Of a DNA stretch of 64,000 bases, positions 1-9,992 are shown one piece after another (the first letter of the stretch is position 1; each line of letters starts with the position of its first letter). The DNA lies in the NCBI GenBank assembly GCA_017517745.1, contig JAFWYJ010000010.1, positions 146-64,145 of the forward strand. Reading direction: 5' to 3'. The translations under genes were made by a program, and so were the position numbers. The notes beneath the pieces were generated by a model. It searched no databases. It saw only the letters and a program-made list of their open reading frames with translations, and was not told the origin of the DNA. Source of the DNA: Clostridia bacterium (GTDB taxonomy: Bacteria > Bacillota > Clostridia > Oscillospirales > CAG-272).

Positions 1-780
1 GCAGCAGTCGGGATCGTCACACTCCTCGTCATCGTGGTGGTGATGATGGTGATGCTCGTGCTCCTCCTCGTCGTGATCGTGGTGATGATGGCAGCAACAG
101 TCGGGATCGTCACACTCCTCGTCATCGTGATGATGGTGATGATGCTCTGCCGCCTTCGCAAGGCGTGCCAACTCCTCCTCGATGGTATCGCGACGCTCCA
201 TCGCCGCCAAAAGCTGTGCGCCGTCAAGCTGGTCCCACGGTGTGGTCACAACGGTTGCCGTCACATTCTTCTCGCGCAAAAGCGCGACCGTCTCGGCAAT
301 CTTCTCCTCGCTCACGCTTTGGGTGTGGGAGAGTACAATACAACCCGCGTTCTCGATCTGATCGTTGAAAAACTCACCGAAATTTTTCATATACATCTTG
401 CATTTTTTGACGTCGGCAACCGTGGTGAATCCGTTGAGGATCACCTCGTCCGAGCCAAGTCCCTGCACGGCACGAATGATGTCCGACAGCTTGCCCACGC
501 CCGAGGGCTCGATCAAAATGCGGTCGGGATGATATTCCTCCAAAACCTTGGCGAGTGCTTTTCCGAAATCTCCGACCAACGAACAGCAAATGCAGCCGCT
601 GTTCATTTCGGTAACCTCGATGCCCGCGTCCTGCATAAAGCCGCCGTCGATGCCGATCTCACCGAATTCGTTTTCAATCAGCACCAGTTTCTCGCCAACG
701 TAGGCCTCCTTCAAGAGCTTTTTGATGAGCGTCGTTTTTCCCGCGCCCAAAAAGCCCGAAAAAATGTCAATTTTCGTCAT
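1..780 (-). CDS. COG0523/CobW-family metallochaperone GTPase, 3' end cut by window edge, with a His/Cys-rich tail
   Basis: Not in the ORF track because it runs off the edge. Reverse translation from ATG 780 gives MTKIDIFSGFLGAGKTTLIKKLL (P-loop), NSGCICCSL (CxCC motif), then AEHHHHHHDDEECDDPDCCCHHHHDHDEEEHEHHHHHHHDDEECDDPDCC up to position 1. Confidence 0.85.
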   Translation of the reverse strand, partial: MTKIDIFSGFLGAGKTTLIKKLLKEAYVGEKLVLIENEFGEIGIDGGFMQDAGIEVTEMNSGCICCSLVGDFGKALAKVLEEYHPDRILIEPSGVGKLSDIIRAVQGLGSDEVILNGFTTVADVKKCKMYMKNFGEFFNDQIENAGCIVLSHTQSVSEEKIAETVALLREKNVTATVVTTPWDQLDGAQLLAAMERRDTIEEELARLAKAAEHHHHHHDDEECDDPDCCCHHHHDHDEEEHEHHHHHHHDDEECDDPDCC

Positions 781-821
781 GTTTCTATCCTTCTTCTTTA
801 TAAAATAAAAGCAATGAAAAT

Positions 822-850
822 ATTATACTCCCCCGCGCGCAAAAAGTCAA
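822..850 (-). promoter_or_regulatory. sigma-A-type promoter for the COG0523 gene
   Basis: On the minus strand: TTGACT (845-850), a 17-nt GC-rich spacer, then TATAAT (822-827). Confidence 0.6.
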
Positions 851-924
851 CCTTTGCCGCTTGATTTTTTCAAAAAAATCAAAAATTTTCTGCTTCGCAG
901 AGTTGATTCCGGCGTTTTGGGAGC

Positions 925-1344
925 TCATTTCACGCGCATCTCAAACCGCTCGTGACAGCAAGGACAGCAGACCGTATGCATTCCTTTCACGCGCGGCAAG
1001 CGAAGCGTTTTTTTGCAGTGCGGGCATTTGTGATAGACGTGTGTTTTGCGATCCCGCCGCTTGTTTTTTTGCAACCGAAAAAAATCCTTGATGCGCTTGC
1101 AAAAATTCCACCACCGCGCGTTTTCGGCGCGTCTGGCGACCAGATTGCGCGACATCATGCGAAAAACGACGTAGACCAGCACCGCGTCACTCAAAAGAGC
1201 CAGCACAAGCGAGCGCAAAAACAGATTGACCACCGCCAGCACGCAACCAAGAATCATCACCGCACGGCCCAGCGAATCGACACCGTTTCTTCCGCTCAGA
1301 AACATCGCAACGCTTTCCCGAAAGCTCCTTCTCGGACGTTTCAT
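925..1344 (-). CDS. small membrane protein with a C-terminal zinc ribbon (CPHC...CCPCC)
   Basis: ORF with RBS GTGAGG upstream of ATG 1344. It has two hydrophobic helices and the tail HKCPHCKKTLRLPRVKGMHTVCCPCCHERF. Confidence 0.6.
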   Translation of the reverse strand: MKRPRRSFRESVAMFLSGRNGVDSLGRAVMILGCVLAVVNLFLRSLVLALLSDAVLVYVVFRMMSRNLVARRAENARWWNFCKRIKDFFRLQKNKRRDRKTHVYHKCPHCKKTLRLPRVKGMHTVCCPCCHERFEMRVK

Positions 1345-1427
1345 AAAAAAACCTCACTTTCCAACGAATTGAAGACAGTATAGCGCAAAAAGATAAACTC
1401 AACTTGAAATTTGGATGAAATTTCTGT

Positions 1428-1460
1428 TTAAAAAGAAAAAAGCAGACATTTTTGTCCGCT
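1428..1460 (-). terminator. Rho-independent terminator after the GT2/DUF2304 unit
   Basis: On the minus strand: AGCGGACA-aaaa-TGTCTGCT followed by TTTTTTCTTTTT. Confidence 0.65.
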
Positions 1461-1512
1461 CTTTTCTTAAATCGAATTGCAAAAAGCCCAAAAAGCCTTT
1501 CACACATCCCCC

Positions 1513-1860
1513 TCAATCCTTCGGGTGATCCTCTTCGTCCTTCATCAGTGCCAGCTTTTGCACCAAGCGGTTGATGCGGTGCTTCTGCACCGACAGCTCG
1601 ATCGCCAGATTGAACAGCTTGATCAAAACCATGAAGATCATGAACAAAAAGACGAAGTTCGCGGGTGACTGAATCTCCAACAGCTCCGAGGCAAAGATCG
1701 CGATCTGCGGAAAAATACTGAGAATCAACAGCAAAAACGCCGAAACGATCCAATAAATGGCGTCGTCGATATAAAGCTGAGAACGACGAATCTTTTTCAA
1801 CACGAACAACAGCACAAAAAAGGATACGGCAATCAATACGATCTGCAAAGCAAGACTCAT
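1513..1860 (-). CDS. DUF2304-like small membrane protein
   Basis: ATG 1860 (MSLALQIVLIAVSFFVLLFVLKKIRR...) follows GGGAGGAATCAAAAA and overlaps the GT2 stop by 4 nt. The protein has three TM helices plus a C-terminal amphipathic helix. The longer track ORF start lies inside the GT2 gene. Confidence 0.7.
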   Translation of the reverse strand: MSLALQIVLIAVSFFVLLFVLKKIRRSQLYIDDAIYWIVSAFLLLILSIFPQIAIFASELLEIQSPANFVFLFMIFMVLIKLFNLAIELSVQKHRINRLVQKLALMKDEEDHPKD

Positions 1861-2570
1861 TTTTTGATTCCTCCCTTCAGCGCAACTTTCTTGCGACACC
1901 ATTGAATAAAAACAATCGAAAAGCACATGTGTGTCATATAACGAATCGAACGCGAGAAATTGAGATAGCTCTCCCCCGCCATTCGCTCGGACATCTCGAC
2001 CTGGACCTCTTTCACCACGGCACCGCTGCGCATGAGGTGCGCCAGCGTGTCAGGCTCGGGACCGTAATCGGCATTTTCCGCCATTGCCTTCATCGTGGCG
2101 CGGTTGAACATTCTCATGCCGGACGTGGGATCCTTGATCTTTTTTCCCGTGGTCAGGCGAAGCGTTGCCTGAATGATGTTGCTGCCAAGCATGCGCAACC
2201 CCTTCGGTTTCTTTTGATCCACAAATCGCGAACCAACGCAAATATCGCACGTCTCCATCGCTTCAAGCATTGCGGCGATGTAGGAAGGATCGTGCTGTCC
2301 GTCGCCGTCAAATTGAAGCGCGTACTCATAACCGTGCTCGTAAGCATACATCATTCCGGTTTGCACGCCATCGGTCAACCCCACGTTGATCGGCAGATCG
2401 ATGTAACGGTAACCCTTTCGACGGCAGATCTCTATCGTTTTATCGCGAGAGCCGTCATTGATAATCACGTAGTCGTACTGCGGATAATTTTCAATCAGAT
2501 TATCCACTACACACTCGATATTCTCCGCCTCGTTATAGGCAGGAATGACGATTAACAATTGTTTGGCCAT
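1857..2570 (-). CDS. family 2 glycosyltransferase, DPM1/GtrB-like polyprenyl-phosphate sugar synthase type
   Basis: N-terminus MAKQLLIVIPAYNEAENIECVVDNL...VIINDGSRDKT, with DGD motifs. RBS GAGGAAG. Confidence 0.85.
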   Translation of the reverse strand: MAKQLLIVIPAYNEAENIECVVDNLIENYPQYDYVIINDGSRDKTIEICRRKGYRYIDLPINVGLTDGVQTGMMYAYEHGYEYALQFDGDGQHDPSYIAAMLEAMETCDICVGSRFVDQKKPKGLRMLGSNIIQATLRLTTGKKIKDPTSGMRMFNRATMKAMAENADYGPEPDTLAHLMRSGAVVKEVQVEMSERMAGESYLNFSRSIRYMTHMCFSIVFIQWCRKKVALKGGIKK

Positions 2571-2600
2571 AATAACTTCCTCAAAAATATTATTTTCTCG

Positions 2601-2625
2601 AAAAAGCGGCTCAAGTCCGCTTTTT
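2601..2625. terminator. bidirectional hairpin between the flippase and GT2 genes (internal terminator or attenuator)
   Basis: AAAAAGCGG-ctcaagt-CCGCTTTTT. Confidence 0.55.
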
Positions 2626-2656
2626 CAACCAAGGCTGTGTCAAAACAAACCTCAAA

Positions 2657-3892
2657 TCATTCTTCCCTCTTGTTTTTTCCTTTGGCAAGCAACGTCCAAA
2701 AGATGCCGATCGCCAAAATCAAACAAGCAAGAACGGTTGACAAAATCAAACTGTAACTTGCACCGTTTGCCTCGCTTGCCGAAAGCAACGGAGGGGTAAG
2801 CAGAACGCAACAAGCAAAGCCGACGACACACGATGCAAGCAAAAAAACAAAATTCCGTTGCACGGTTGCAATCATACACAAAAAACCGAAAAACGACGTC
2901 ACGGCGATTGCCAGAAGAATCGGGATCAGAAGCGACGTGTACGGAAGAATCCGCTCACCGAACAAGATCTTTAAAAGCGGCGTTCCGAGGAAATATGCGG
3001 CTATGATCATCAGCACCGCCAAAACAAGGATCGCCACGAAGACTTTCAACATCAATCCCAAAAAGCTCTTGCGGTCTTTTTGTTGCTGATGCTTTCCAAA
3101 AATCTGCGCGAAGGGGGTGTAAACGTATCCCATTGCCGCTTGAATCAGCATGGCGGGTGCGAAAATCGAGGAGTAAGCTCCCAAAAGCTCGCTGCCGCAC
3201 TGTTTTTCCAAAATCAGCTTTGGAATGGTAACCATCGCGGAGCTCAAGAAGAGATAGGCACACAACGGAAGCGTCTCTTTGGCGAGAAACAACCAGCTTT
3301 TGTTGTGCTGATAGAGACGAAAGTCGGACAAGCGTCGCACCGAAAACAAATCGTAAACCAGCGTTGTCAACACCGAAAATGCCGCCATACAAAGCAATCC
3401 CACCGTCAAATTTCCGCTCAGGCGGTATCCGGCAAGAAACGTGGCAAGAATGCCGATCCCCTTGATGGCAAAGGCTTTTCCGGCAATATCGAGGCGTTCG
3501 TTTTTCTGTGCAATGCCGTGAAGCACGTCCGAAAAATTCTCCGCCAGGCGAAAAACCATGAACAGGAAGATCGCCAACAACTGCTCCCCGCGATAGGCGT
3601 TGATCAAAGAAAAGCCAATGCAACCGACCATCGCGGCAAGACACGAGATCACGCGAAAGGAAACGTAGGTGGTATCCGAATACTTCCCCGCCACGTCCGA
3701 CACCTGATAGTTGCGGATGCCGAACATGGCAACCGTTTGAAAGGTCGCGCTGACCGACATGGCAACCGAAAGGATGCCCGCGTCGCGGAAGTGTCCCAGA
3801 TTGGTGACCAACACGGTGACAAGCCATTGACAACCGAGATAGATCAGATTTCCCACCGCGTTCCAAATCATGTTTTTTTTCATCGTTCCCAT
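2657..3892 (-). CDS. MOP-superfamily polysaccharide/oligosaccharide flippase (Wzx-like)
   Basis: Polytopic protein beginning MGTMKKNMIWNAVGNLIYLGCQWLVTVLVTNL. The start was re-set to the first ATG after the upstream stop at 3897. Confidence 0.8.
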   Translation of the reverse strand: MGTMKKNMIWNAVGNLIYLGCQWLVTVLVTNLGHFRDAGILSVAMSVSATFQTVAMFGIRNYQVSDVAGKYSDTTYVSFRVISCLAAMVGCIGFSLINAYRGEQLLAIFLFMVFRLAENFSDVLHGIAQKNERLDIAGKAFAIKGIGILATFLAGYRLSGNLTVGLLCMAAFSVLTTLVYDLFSVRRLSDFRLYQHNKSWLFLAKETLPLCAYLFLSSAMVTIPKLILEKQCGSELLGAYSSIFAPAMLIQAAMGYVYTPFAQIFGKHQQQKDRKSFLGLMLKVFVAILVLAVLMIIAAYFLGTPLLKILFGERILPYTSLLIPILLAIAVTSFFGFLCMIATVQRNFVFLLASCVVGFACCVLLTPPLLSASEANGASYSLILSTVLACLILAIGIFWTLLAKGKNKREE

Positions 3893-3896
3893 GGAA

Positions 3897-5333
3897 TCAA
3901 CACCAATAACGAACGGTAATAAGCAAAACCGTTGCCGCAAGATAAACGATTGCCGTCATGCAAACCGTTTGTTCTCTGACAAAAGCAATCTTTTCAAAAA
4001 CTTTGATTTTTTTCATGAGCGGATTGGCAAATGCAAGCACGACAAACAATGCAACGGGGATGAAATACCGTCCCTGACATCCGTACGCCAACACGCCGCC
4101 GACAATACCGGTCAGATCGGGCGTCCAGGTCACGTACATCACATAAATCGAGCCAAGCAAGAAAATCAATACGCCGCCGGCGGAAAGCAGACGCGTATTC
4201 CAACGAATTCCTTTGAGCTCGGAAACCTCGGTGATCGCGCTGAGGGTGGAGATCAAGAAGAACAGCAAAACAAACGCAAGCGGGAAACGGGTATCCAACC
4301 ATCCCAAAATTCCGAAAAAGCTCTCCATCCAATACGGACCAAAATGCTTTATCGTAGAGATCACTACGTTGGGGAACACCGTGACGTCAGCGTAAAACAG
4401 CTCTTGATGCTGAATCACTTCATCCTTCACAACCCGCACAACGTCTTTGGTATTGATTCCGTTGACAATCGTCGGAATCAGATAACACAGTCCGACAGCG
4501 CCCACAACGATTCCGATACAAGCAAAATAGCGGTTGAGAGAACCGAATTTTTTGATCGGAATTGCCAACAAAATCAACAGCAAGGGGGCATATGCGATTT
4601 TACAGTTGACGATAAAAACCGAGGAAAACGCCACGGCGATCAAATCACCGCGCGTGATGCGGTAATCATCCGATTCCAACAGAATTTTGGTCACGTATGC
4701 AAACAGCAAAAAGCTACAGGAAATCAAATATGCATCGTAAGAGGTAGATGCCCCTTGAAAAATTGACATCGGCATCAAAGCCAACAAAAACATGGTGTTT
4801 CGGAGAGCACCCGTTTTCAGAATCGCCAAACGAATCACAAGCGCATAAAACACCAAGTTGAAGAGTTTTGCAATCAACAAGGTATTGTAGCCGTTGAGCA
4901 CGATGCCGAAAAAGCGCAAAATCATGATCAGCACCGCGGGAAGCACGTAGGACGTGGGATTGATTTCGGACAAATGAGACGGAACAAAAATCATTTCCTC
5001 CGAAGGCTCGATCGACGAGAGCGCAGAGCTTGTTTTCCAATCAAACCGCTCCGCCTCGGCACCGTTATAGCGTCCTCCGTAGTCACGTAAGAACACAAAT
5101 TCCTCTACCGTCATATACGAACCCGAAACGCCGTCATTCACATCGGCAAAAAGCCCTCCGTGGGAAATGCGGCAAATGTTCATAAAGTGTGCATTCTCGT
5201 CGGGACAAACAAAGGGCGGTTCCAAAAAAATCAGTAAAAAGCCCACCAAAAGAGCCAAGCACAAAAACAAATTTGCGAGTTTTTGCGCCGATCCTCCCTG
5301 CCTGTTTTCATTTGTCAGTAATTCTTGACTCAT
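3897..5333 (-). CDS. DUF2142-like polytopic membrane protein (candidate GT-C-type glycosyltransferase)
   Basis: Many TM helices. The N-terminal loop PPFVCPDENAHF resembles the DUF2142 PDE..H motif. ATG 5333 lies 12 nt after GAGGAA. Confidence 0.55.
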   Translation of the reverse strand: MSQELLTNENRQGGSAQKLANLFLCLALLVGFLLIFLEPPFVCPDENAHFMNICRISHGGLFADVNDGVSGSYMTVEEFVFLRDYGGRYNGAEAERFDWKTSSALSSIEPSEEMIFVPSHLSEINPTSYVLPAVLIMILRFFGIVLNGYNTLLIAKLFNLVFYALVIRLAILKTGALRNTMFLLALMPMSIFQGASTSYDAYLISCSFLLFAYVTKILLESDDYRITRGDLIAVAFSSVFIVNCKIAYAPLLLILLAIPIKKFGSLNRYFACIGIVVGAVGLCYLIPTIVNGINTKDVVRVVKDEVIQHQELFYADVTVFPNVVISTIKHFGPYWMESFFGILGWLDTRFPLAFVLLFFLISTLSAITEVSELKGIRWNTRLLSAGGVLIFLLGSIYVMYVTWTPDLTGIVGGVLAYGCQGRYFIPVALFVVLAFANPLMKKIKVFEKIAFVREQTVCMTAIVYLAATVLLITVRYWC

Positions 5334-5349
5334 AATTTTTCTCAATTCC

Positions 5350-7401
5350 TCATTTCAATCTAAAATCTTCGTAAACGAGAGAAAGATTGGGATTGTAATA
5401 CGGATCGCCCGCTTCCAGGACGTCATCCCACTTGTCGCGGAATCTCTGGATTTCGCGTGCAAAGCGTCGCTGCTTTTCGGGGGTGTCCTCGATTCCTCGG
5501 CTCTTGGATTCGTAGTGATATGCTTCCGCGTAAGGCGTGAATACGATCAAATACCCGGCTTTTCGGATCTTCATGCACAGATCCACGTCGTTGAACGCCA
5601 CCTGCAAGGTTTCGTCAAAGCCTTCCACCTCGTTGAAAACGGAGGTTCTGACCATCATGCACGCCGCAGTGACCGCACTCAAATTCTGTGCCAAGCTCAT
5701 GCGCGACATATATCCGTAGTCATTTCTTTGGTAGTATTTGTGAGAATGTCCCGCGATGCCGCCGATTCCCAGGATCACGCCCGCGTGCTGCACCGTGTTG
5801 TCGGGATAATAGAGCATAACACCGGTCGCGCCCACGTCCTCGCGCTGGTTGAACATCAGCATCTCCTCCAACCAGTTGGGAGTGATGATCTCAATATCAT
5901 TGTTCAAGAACAGCAAATATTCTCCCTTTGCATGCTTTACCGCAAAGTTGTTGATCTTGGAATAGTTGAATTCTTTCGACCACTTGATGACCTTGATGTT
6001 GGAATATTGTCTGGAAACGGTTTCGTAATAGTGGAACGTCTCCTGCTTCGTACTGTTATTCTCCACGATCAAGATCTCAAAATTGCGGTATGTAGAAAGT
6101 TTCTCCACAGAATCAATACACTGTTTCAAAACCTGCACATGATCCATGTTGGGAATGATGATGGAGATCAAAGGCTCGCGCTTCAAGCGATAGCGGATTC
6201 GATAGGTCGAAGGCACGCGGGAATCCGTCACCGCTCCCTCCAATCCGACTCGCTTCAAATGCTCCGCCAAAGCCTTCTTCGCGGAAATGATCGTGTAGGG
6301 CTTTGCGGCGATGCTTGCCGCCACAGAACCCGGATGCGAGCGCCAGAAATACAGGATCTTCGGAATGTGAACGATATTTTTTGCCTGCTCTGTCAACCGC
6401 AAAATGATATCGTAATCCTGGCTTCCGTCAAACTCGGAGCGGAAACCGCCGACAATCTCGAGCAGCTCTCTTGAAAACGCCGTAAAATGACAAATATAGT
6501 TATAGCTTCTGAGCAGATCGGGCGCAAAATCGGGCTTGTGATGCGGACAGTATGCCTCGGAAATTTTCTCGCAAAACGTATTCTCGTCCGTATATATGAA
6601 ATCGGCATCCTTTTCGCAAATCGCCTTCATCATCTCAAACAGCGCGGAGGGATGCAAAATATCGTCATGGTCGAACAGTGCGATATAATCTCCCGTTGCC
6701 ATTTCGATGCAAGCGTTGGTGTTGCCCGAAATCCCCATGTTTTTCTCCAACTTGCGATAGAGAATGCGGCGGTCGTTGTTCGCCAGCTTTTTGGCAATCT
6801 GACCGACGTGCTTGTGCTCCCGATCGCTTCCGTCCGCCAAACACAGTTCCCAATTCGCATAGGTCTGATCCAAAACCGATTGAATCATTTCCTGGAGATA
6901 TTGCTCGGGAGTGTTATACAACGGCACCAGAATGCTGAACTTGATCTCCTTGGAGAAGGTCGTGCGCTTCTGCATCTCCAACTCCTCATTGGTATAAATC
7001 GGACGTTTTGCCGCACTCTTGTGTGACATTTTGGTGCGTATGCGACGGATCGTATATCGCACACCGTGCTCTTTCAGGCACGACAAGCCCTTGTAGATGG
7101 CATTCGTCGCCCGCGTCTTTCGCATCAAGCGTTTGATGCAGTCCAAAAACCATCGAAAAGGCTTGGTGATTCTCCAAAATTCCGATTTTTGAACCGTATA
7201 ATATTGCTCCTCTACCAATGCCAGCCTTGCCTTCAAATCCTCGTTCTCGGCAATTACGTTGGCATAAAGTCTTTTATATTCTTTCAATTCCGCCCGCAAG
7301 CGCTTGACTTCCTTGGGCGTTTTTTCGGAGGATTCCCCCGAAATCACCTCACCTTGTTTTTCGATTTGCTCTGTTTTTTTCTTCTTCTTTGAATTCGACA
7401 T
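5350..7401 (-). CDS. large glycosyltransferase with an N-terminal coiled coil and two GT2 domains
   Basis: Starts MSNSKKKKKTEQIEKQ after GAGGAGAAGATT. Two GT2 cores are visible: FSILVPLYNTP...DHDD and ISIIIPNMDH...NNDIE. Confidence 0.85.
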   Translation of the reverse strand: MSNSKKKKKTEQIEKQGEVISGESSEKTPKEVKRLRAELKEYKRLYANVIAENEDLKARLALVEEQYYTVQKSEFWRITKPFRWFLDCIKRLMRKTRATNAIYKGLSCLKEHGVRYTIRRIRTKMSHKSAAKRPIYTNEELEMQKRTTFSKEIKFSILVPLYNTPEQYLQEMIQSVLDQTYANWELCLADGSDREHKHVGQIAKKLANNDRRILYRKLEKNMGISGNTNACIEMATGDYIALFDHDDILHPSALFEMMKAICEKDADFIYTDENTFCEKISEAYCPHHKPDFAPDLLRSYNYICHFTAFSRELLEIVGGFRSEFDGSQDYDIILRLTEQAKNIVHIPKILYFWRSHPGSVAASIAAKPYTIISAKKALAEHLKRVGLEGAVTDSRVPSTYRIRYRLKREPLISIIIPNMDHVQVLKQCIDSVEKLSTYRNFEILIVENNSTKQETFHYYETVSRQYSNIKVIKWSKEFNYSKINNFAVKHAKGEYLLFLNNDIEIITPNWLEEMLMFNQREDVGATGVMLYYPDNTVQHAGVILGIGGIAGHSHKYYQRNDYGYMSRMSLAQNLSAVTAACMMVRTSVFNEVEGFDETLQVAFNDVDLCMKIRKAGYLIVFTPYAEAYHYESKSRGIEDTPEKQRRFAREIQRFRDKWDDVLEAGDPYYNPNLSLVYEDFRLK

Positions 7402-7453
7402 AATCTTCTCCTCATAAAATTCGGATCGTAAGCAAAGCATAGTCATTCATACT

Positions 7454-7482
7454 ATTATAACATAATAATAATTTTTTGTCAA
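7454..7482 (-). promoter_or_regulatory. consensus promoter of the glycan cluster
   Basis: On the minus strand: TTGACA (7477-7482), 17 nt, TATAAT (7454-7459). Confidence 0.7.
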
Positions 7483-7653
7483 CAAAAACAATAAATTTTC
7501 CGCAAATTACGACAAGAGTCAAGGTTTTCCTGCAAGCGGACAGAAAAGTCCCCATGATATATCATATACACGAAAGACCGCCACCATACAAAAAGCCGCT
7601 TTGGCAACGGTCTCAAAGCAGCTCCCAAAGCAATTGATGTTCCCGAAAAGTTG

Positions 7654-7682
7654 ATGCGGGGGCTTTTCAAAAGCCCCCGCAT
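7654..7682. repeat. REP-like perfect palindrome, copy a (probably also the fhs terminator)
   Basis: ATGCGGGGGCTTTT-c-AAAAGCCCCCGCAT, 19 nt beyond the fhs stop. Confidence 0.8.
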
Positions 7683-7700
7683 ATCATTGATTTTCGGTTT

Positions 7701-9371
7701 TCAGAACAGTCCGGAGATCCTTCCGTCCTCGTCCACGTCGATGCGCTCTGCGGCGGGAACCTTGGGAAGTCCGGGCATGGTCATGATATCTCCCGTCAAA
7801 GCCACGACAAAGCCCGCGCCCGCGCTGACCTTGACGTTGCGGACCGTAACGGTGAAGCCCTCGGGCGCGCCGAGCTTGGTCGCGTCATCCGAGAAGCTGT
7901 ATTGCGTTTTTGCCATACATACGGGGCATTTGTCAAAGCCGAGCGCGGTCAATTGCGCGATCTGCTTCTTTGCCGCCGGAAGGAAAGATACGCCGTCGCC
8001 GCCGTAGATCTTCTTGACGATGGCTTCGATCTTGTCCTCGATCGTGCCGTCGAGCTCGTAGGAATAGGTGAAGTCACCCTTCTCCTCCTCGCACAGGCGC
8101 ACCACTTCGCGTGCCAACTCCTCGCCGCCCTTGCCGCCTTCCGCCCAGACGTTGGAAAGCACCACGTTGACGCCCAGCTTGCGGCACTCGCGGATGATCT
8201 GATCGATCTCGGCGTCGGTGTCGGTCGGGAAACGGTTGACCGCGACCACACAAGGAAGCTTGTAGACGTTGCGCACGTTGGAAACGTGGCGAAGCAGGTT
8301 CGGAAGTCCCTTGACGAGGGCATCGAGATTTTCGCTGTTCAGCTCGGTTTTCGCAACACCGCCGTGCATTTTGAGCGCACGAACCGTTGCCACAACCACC
8401 ACCGCAGAGGGCGTCAGTCCTGCCATGCGGCACTTGATGTCGAGGAATTTTTCAGCGCCGAGATCGGCACCGAAGCCTGCCTCGGTGACGGCGTAATCAC
8501 CCAGCTTCATCGCCATACGCGTTGCGATCACAGAGTTACAGCCGTGCGCGATATTGGCAAAGGGACCGCCGTGAACGAATGCGGGTGTACCCTCGAGCGT
8601 CTGCACGAGGTTGGGCTTGAGCGCGTCCTTCAGGAGTGCCGCCATCGCGCCGACAGCACCCAGCTGTCCCGCGGTCACGGGCTTTTCGTCATAGGTGTAA
8701 GCCACCACAATGCGCGAAAGTCGCTCCTTGAGGTCGGTGATCGAGCTTGCCAGACAGAACACTGCCATGATCTCCGATGCAACGGTGATGTCGTATCCGT
8801 CCTCACGCGGAACGCCGTTGACGCGTCCGCCCAAGCCGTCGGTCACGAAACGGAGCTGACGGTCGTTCATATCCACACAACGCTTCCACGTGATGCGGCG
8901 CGGATCGATATTCAATGCGTTTCCTTGATAAATATGATTATCGAGCATCGCCGCGAGCAGGTTGTTTGCCGCACCGATGGCGTGAAAATCTCCTGTGAAA
9001 TGCAGGTTGATGTCCTCCATCGGAACCACCTGCGCCCATCCGCCGCCGGCAGCTCCGCCCTTGATTCCGAACACCGGACCGAGCGAGGGCTCACGCAGCG
9101 CGACCACGACGTTTTTGCCGATGCGCTTCATGCCGTCAGCGAGTCCGATGGTGGTGGTGGTCTTTCCCTCTCCCGCAGGGGTGGGGGTAATGGCGGTCAC
9201 CAGAATCAGCTTGCCGTTGCCTCGCTTGCTTTCCTTGAGCAACGAGTAATCCACCTTTGCCTTATATTTTCCGTATTGCTCGAGATACTTGTCATCCACA
9301 CCCGCAGCCTTTGCGATTTGTGTGATCGGCTTCATTTCCACAGATTGGGCAATTTCAATATCCGTCATCAT
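7701..9371 (-). CDS. fhs: formate--tetrahydrofolate ligase
   Basis: 556 aa. Starts [25 protein letters not shown] and contains [16 protein letters not shown]. Confidence 0.95.
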   Translation of the reverse strand: MMTDIEIAQSVEMKPITQIAKAAGVDDKYLEQYGKYKAKVDYSLLKESKRGNGKLILVTAITPTPAGEGKTTTTIGLADGMKRIGKNVVVALREPSLGPVFGIKGGAAGGGWAQVVPMEDINLHFTGDFHAIGAANNLLAAMLDNHIYQGNALNIDPRRITWKRCVDMNDRQLRFVTDGLGGRVNGVPREDGYDITVASEIMAVFCLASSITDLKERLSRIVVAYTYDEKPVTAGQLGAVGAMAALLKDALKPNLVQTLEGTPAFVHGGPFANIAHGCNSVIATRMAMKLGDYAVTEAGFGADLGAEKFLDIKCRMAGLTPSAVVVVATVRALKMHGGVAKTELNSENLDALVKGLPNLLRHVSNVRNVYKLPCVVAVNRFPTDTDAEIDQIIRECRKLGVNVVLSNVWAEGGKGGEELAREVVRLCEEEKGDFTYSYELDGTIEDKIEAIVKKIYGGDGVSFLPAAKKQIAQLTALGFDKCPVCMAKTQYSFSDDATKLGAPEGFTVTVRNVKVSAGAGFVVALTGDIMTMPGLPKVPAAERIDVDEDGRISGLF

Positions 9372-9483
9372 AATTTAATTCCTCCCGATTTATAAAAATA
9401 TCCGTACTTTTAAAGTTTGATAGAAAGTGATATTCTTATCATATCACAATGCTCGTCTTTTGTCCATAGCTTTTCACAAAAAA

Positions 9484-9526
9484 AGAGAAAACAAGCCCAA
9501 GAATCCTCCGTATGCTTGTTTTCTCT
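9484..9526 (-). terminator. secG terminator
   Basis: 13-bp stem AGAGAAAACAAGC / GCTTGTTTTCTCT, followed on the minus strand by TTTTTTTG. Confidence 0.7.
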
Positions 9527-9557
9527 TCCTTTCGGTCTCCGGGACCGCCGTTCGTCA

Positions 9558-9815
9558 TCAAGCCGCCGGCATCGAAGCCAAAATGACCAGCGCAACGGCA
9601 AGCACGACAAACACAATCGACAAAATGATCGTCACTCTGGACAGCCACTTTTCCTTCTTCGATCCGCCGGATCTGCCGAAGAAAGTGTCCGAGCTACCGC
9701 CCGAAATCGCGCCGGAAAGTCCCTCGTCTTTGCCTGTCTGCATCAAAATCAGCACGGTCATCACCACCGACAAAAGAATCAGTGCGCTACCGATAATCCA
9801 CTGAGCTACTTCCAT
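9558..9815 (-). CDS. secG: preprotein translocase subunit SecG
   Basis: MEVAQWIIGSALILLSVVMTVLILMQTGKDEGLSGAISGG... ATG 9815 follows GGAGGTAAAAAAC. The track start is the TTG inside the RBS. Confidence 0.85.
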   Translation of the reverse strand: MEVAQWIIGSALILLSVVMTVLILMQTGKDEGLSGAISGGSSDTFFGRSGGSKKEKWLSRVTIILSIVFVVLAVALVILASMPAA

Positions 9816-9992
9816 GTTTTTTACCTCCAAAGTTATTTTCCCACACCGCCCACGGCGGCGTGACCATTCTCATACCATCGTATTATATCACATTCATCGC
9901 AAAAATGCAATAGTTTTTTTTTATTTTTTCATTTTTTTCCGATTTTTTATTTTTGATTCATAAAAAAGCGCTCTGATTTGCGCGCCGCAAAC

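Noticed and set aside
34-864. 276-aa ORF on the plus strand with a hydrophobic, repetitive N-terminus
   Set aside because: It is antisense to the COG0523 GTPase, whose P-loop and CxCC motifs read cleanly on the minus strand. The repetitive N-terminus is the complement of the His-rich tail.
7902-9395. 497-aa ORF on the plus strand
   Set aside because: It is antisense to fhs.
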